IMG/VR virus record: IMGVR_UViG_3300045996_001382
Span: 1 to 54,544 of that record
From: a virus
Strand: one strand, 5' to 3'
DNA length: 54,544 nt
Of the stretch, positions 53,655-54,544 are shown in pieces. Both the position numbers and the translations under genes were made by a program. The notes beneath the pieces are model-generated. The model was not told the origin of the DNA. It searched no databases and saw only the letters and a program-made list of their open reading frames with translations. Within the stretch, counting starts at the first letter, position 1; every line of letters begins with the position of its first letter.

Positions 53655-54133
53655 ATATATCGACTGCTTATCAATTCTTTTTTAGCGTTATCCCAAATGA
53701 ATACAAACTGCTTATTTTGCTGACTAGACGGTTCTTGCAATGTAACAGATATCTGTAAACTATTGGTGCTTAAAATTACAACATTTGTTGATATGTTAGC
53801 TATCGTTTTTAAATATTGAAGGTCGGCATCAACTGCGCGTAGTATATTTATGCGGCCAGAGCTGTTAAGAACGTTATCCAAAAGCGCCTTTTCAGTAAGT
53901 GAATTAAATTGCGTCTCGGGTTCGTTGGGATAAAAAAGAGCGTTCGCCCAATAATCTTCTCTAACGGATCCTGGGGGTTCGTTACCTGTAGTAACGGCTT
54001 CAACATTGCCGCCAAACAAAGCTAACAGCACCTGGTTATATAGCACATTGGTTAATTCAATATCATCGTTCTGGGTTGATATCTCACCGCCATCGCCATT
54101 TAGATAAAGTAATATGTCGTTAACGTTTATCAT
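53651..54133 (-). CDS. Baseplate protein, Mu gp46-like
   Basis: 160-aa ORF: DILLYLNGDGGEI...LYNQVLLALFGGN...YWANALF...GRINILRAVDADLQYL, consistent with the GP46 family. Confidence 0.6.
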   Translation of the reverse strand: MINVNDILLYLNGDGGEISTQNDDIELTNVLYNQVLLALFGGNVEAVTTGNEPPGSVREDYWANALFYPNEPETQFNSLTEKALLDNVLNSSGRINILRAVDADLQYLKTIANISTNVVILSTNSLQISVTLQEPSSQQNKQFVFIWDNAKKELISSRYI

Positions 54134-54544
54134 TTTTGGCCGGTTGTTGAGGTGACAGTAATAGGTATTTTTGCAGAACCAGTGGTTTTAACATCTTTCA
54201 CATTATTACCATTGTCTTTTATTTGAATTTCCAACAACGACTTTTCAGTACTGGTAGTTGTCGTGTTATTTGTTTCTACCGGCAATCTTTTCAATGCGGG
54301 CTTCGCTTCGTTTTTTAGTGGGTTCCCGACCTGGTTCATACCTAATGATTTTAATACACCATTCATCGGGCTTGCGCCAAATTCATTTATTGAACCTGCA
54401 TACCCTTTTAATACATCGCCATAAGCCCCGAAATATCCAGATAGCCCACCTTTTTCCAAATTGGCTTTCATTTCTACATTGGTGCCTTGCTTAATTTGCT
54501 CAATCATATTGAACACTTCTCCCAATGGACCAAGCATTGTAGTA
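54130..54544 (-). CDS. Tail tape measure protein, C-terminal part (unique portion 54130..54417; 54418..54544 duplicates bases 1..127)
   Basis: Same frame as the 1..1605 ORF across the repeat. The joined length is 630 aa. It has an ATGA overlap with the gp46-like gene. Confidence 0.85.
   Translation of the reverse strand, partial: TTMLGPLGEVFNMIEQIKQGTNVEMKANLEKGGLSGYFGAYGDVLKGYAGSINEFGASPMNGVLKSLGMNQVGNPLKNEAKPALKRLPVETNNTTTTSTEKSLLEIQIKDNGNNVKDVKTTGSAKIPITVTSTTGQK
54418..54544. repeat. Terminal direct repeat, copy 2 (identical to 1..127)
   Basis: Read directly. Confidence 0.95.

Overview
The window is a complete, circularly closed genome (about 54.4 kb unique) of a contractile-tailed dsDNA phage. 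Bases 1-127 are identical to 54418-54544, and the tape-measure gene reads straight through that junction. Gene density is very high, with many ATGA/TAATG start-stop overlaps, no Shine-Dalgarno-like spacers and several TAnnTTTG -7-type promoter boxes. These features, plus Bacteroidota-style signal peptides, suggest a Bacteroidota host; that is an inference.

Layout:
- Minus-strand late region (14659 -> 1, wrapping to 54544 -> 38462). It has a lambda-like packaging and head module: small-terminase candidate, GpA-type TerL, gpW-like, lambda-family portal, S49 protease/scaffold, decoration-like protein, gpE-type capsid. Then come the sheath, tube, frameshifted chaperone pair and tape measure. A rearranged Mu-like baseplate follows (gp46/gp47/gp48-like, then gp43/gp44/gp45-like). 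It ends with a Com-like zinc finger, two fibre/depolymerase genes and a lysis cluster with an Amidase_2 endolysin.
- Minus-strand regulation and replication block (14659-18396). It holds an iteron-bearing initiator-like gene, an excisionase-family HTH and an operator-like palindrome cluster.
- Plus-strand early block of small ORFs (18507-23119).
- Minus-strand DNA-metabolism block (23097-32759). It holds an SNF2 helicase, an HNH-AP2 endonuclease, a Dam-like methyltransferase and a RecE-like/RecT-like pair.
- Plus-strand accessory block (33422-38384) with zinc ribbons, a PD-(D/E)XK nuclease, DUF551 and exported or membrane proteins.

The most unusual content is translational. There is a full-length phage-borne tmRNA (ssrA) with a 28-codon tag at 32893-33206. 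There is also an initiator-type tRNA-Met with its own promoter and terminators at 11287-11359. No integrase, CRISPR array or rRNA was seen. All family assignments are by-eye motif recognition and gene order, not database searches.
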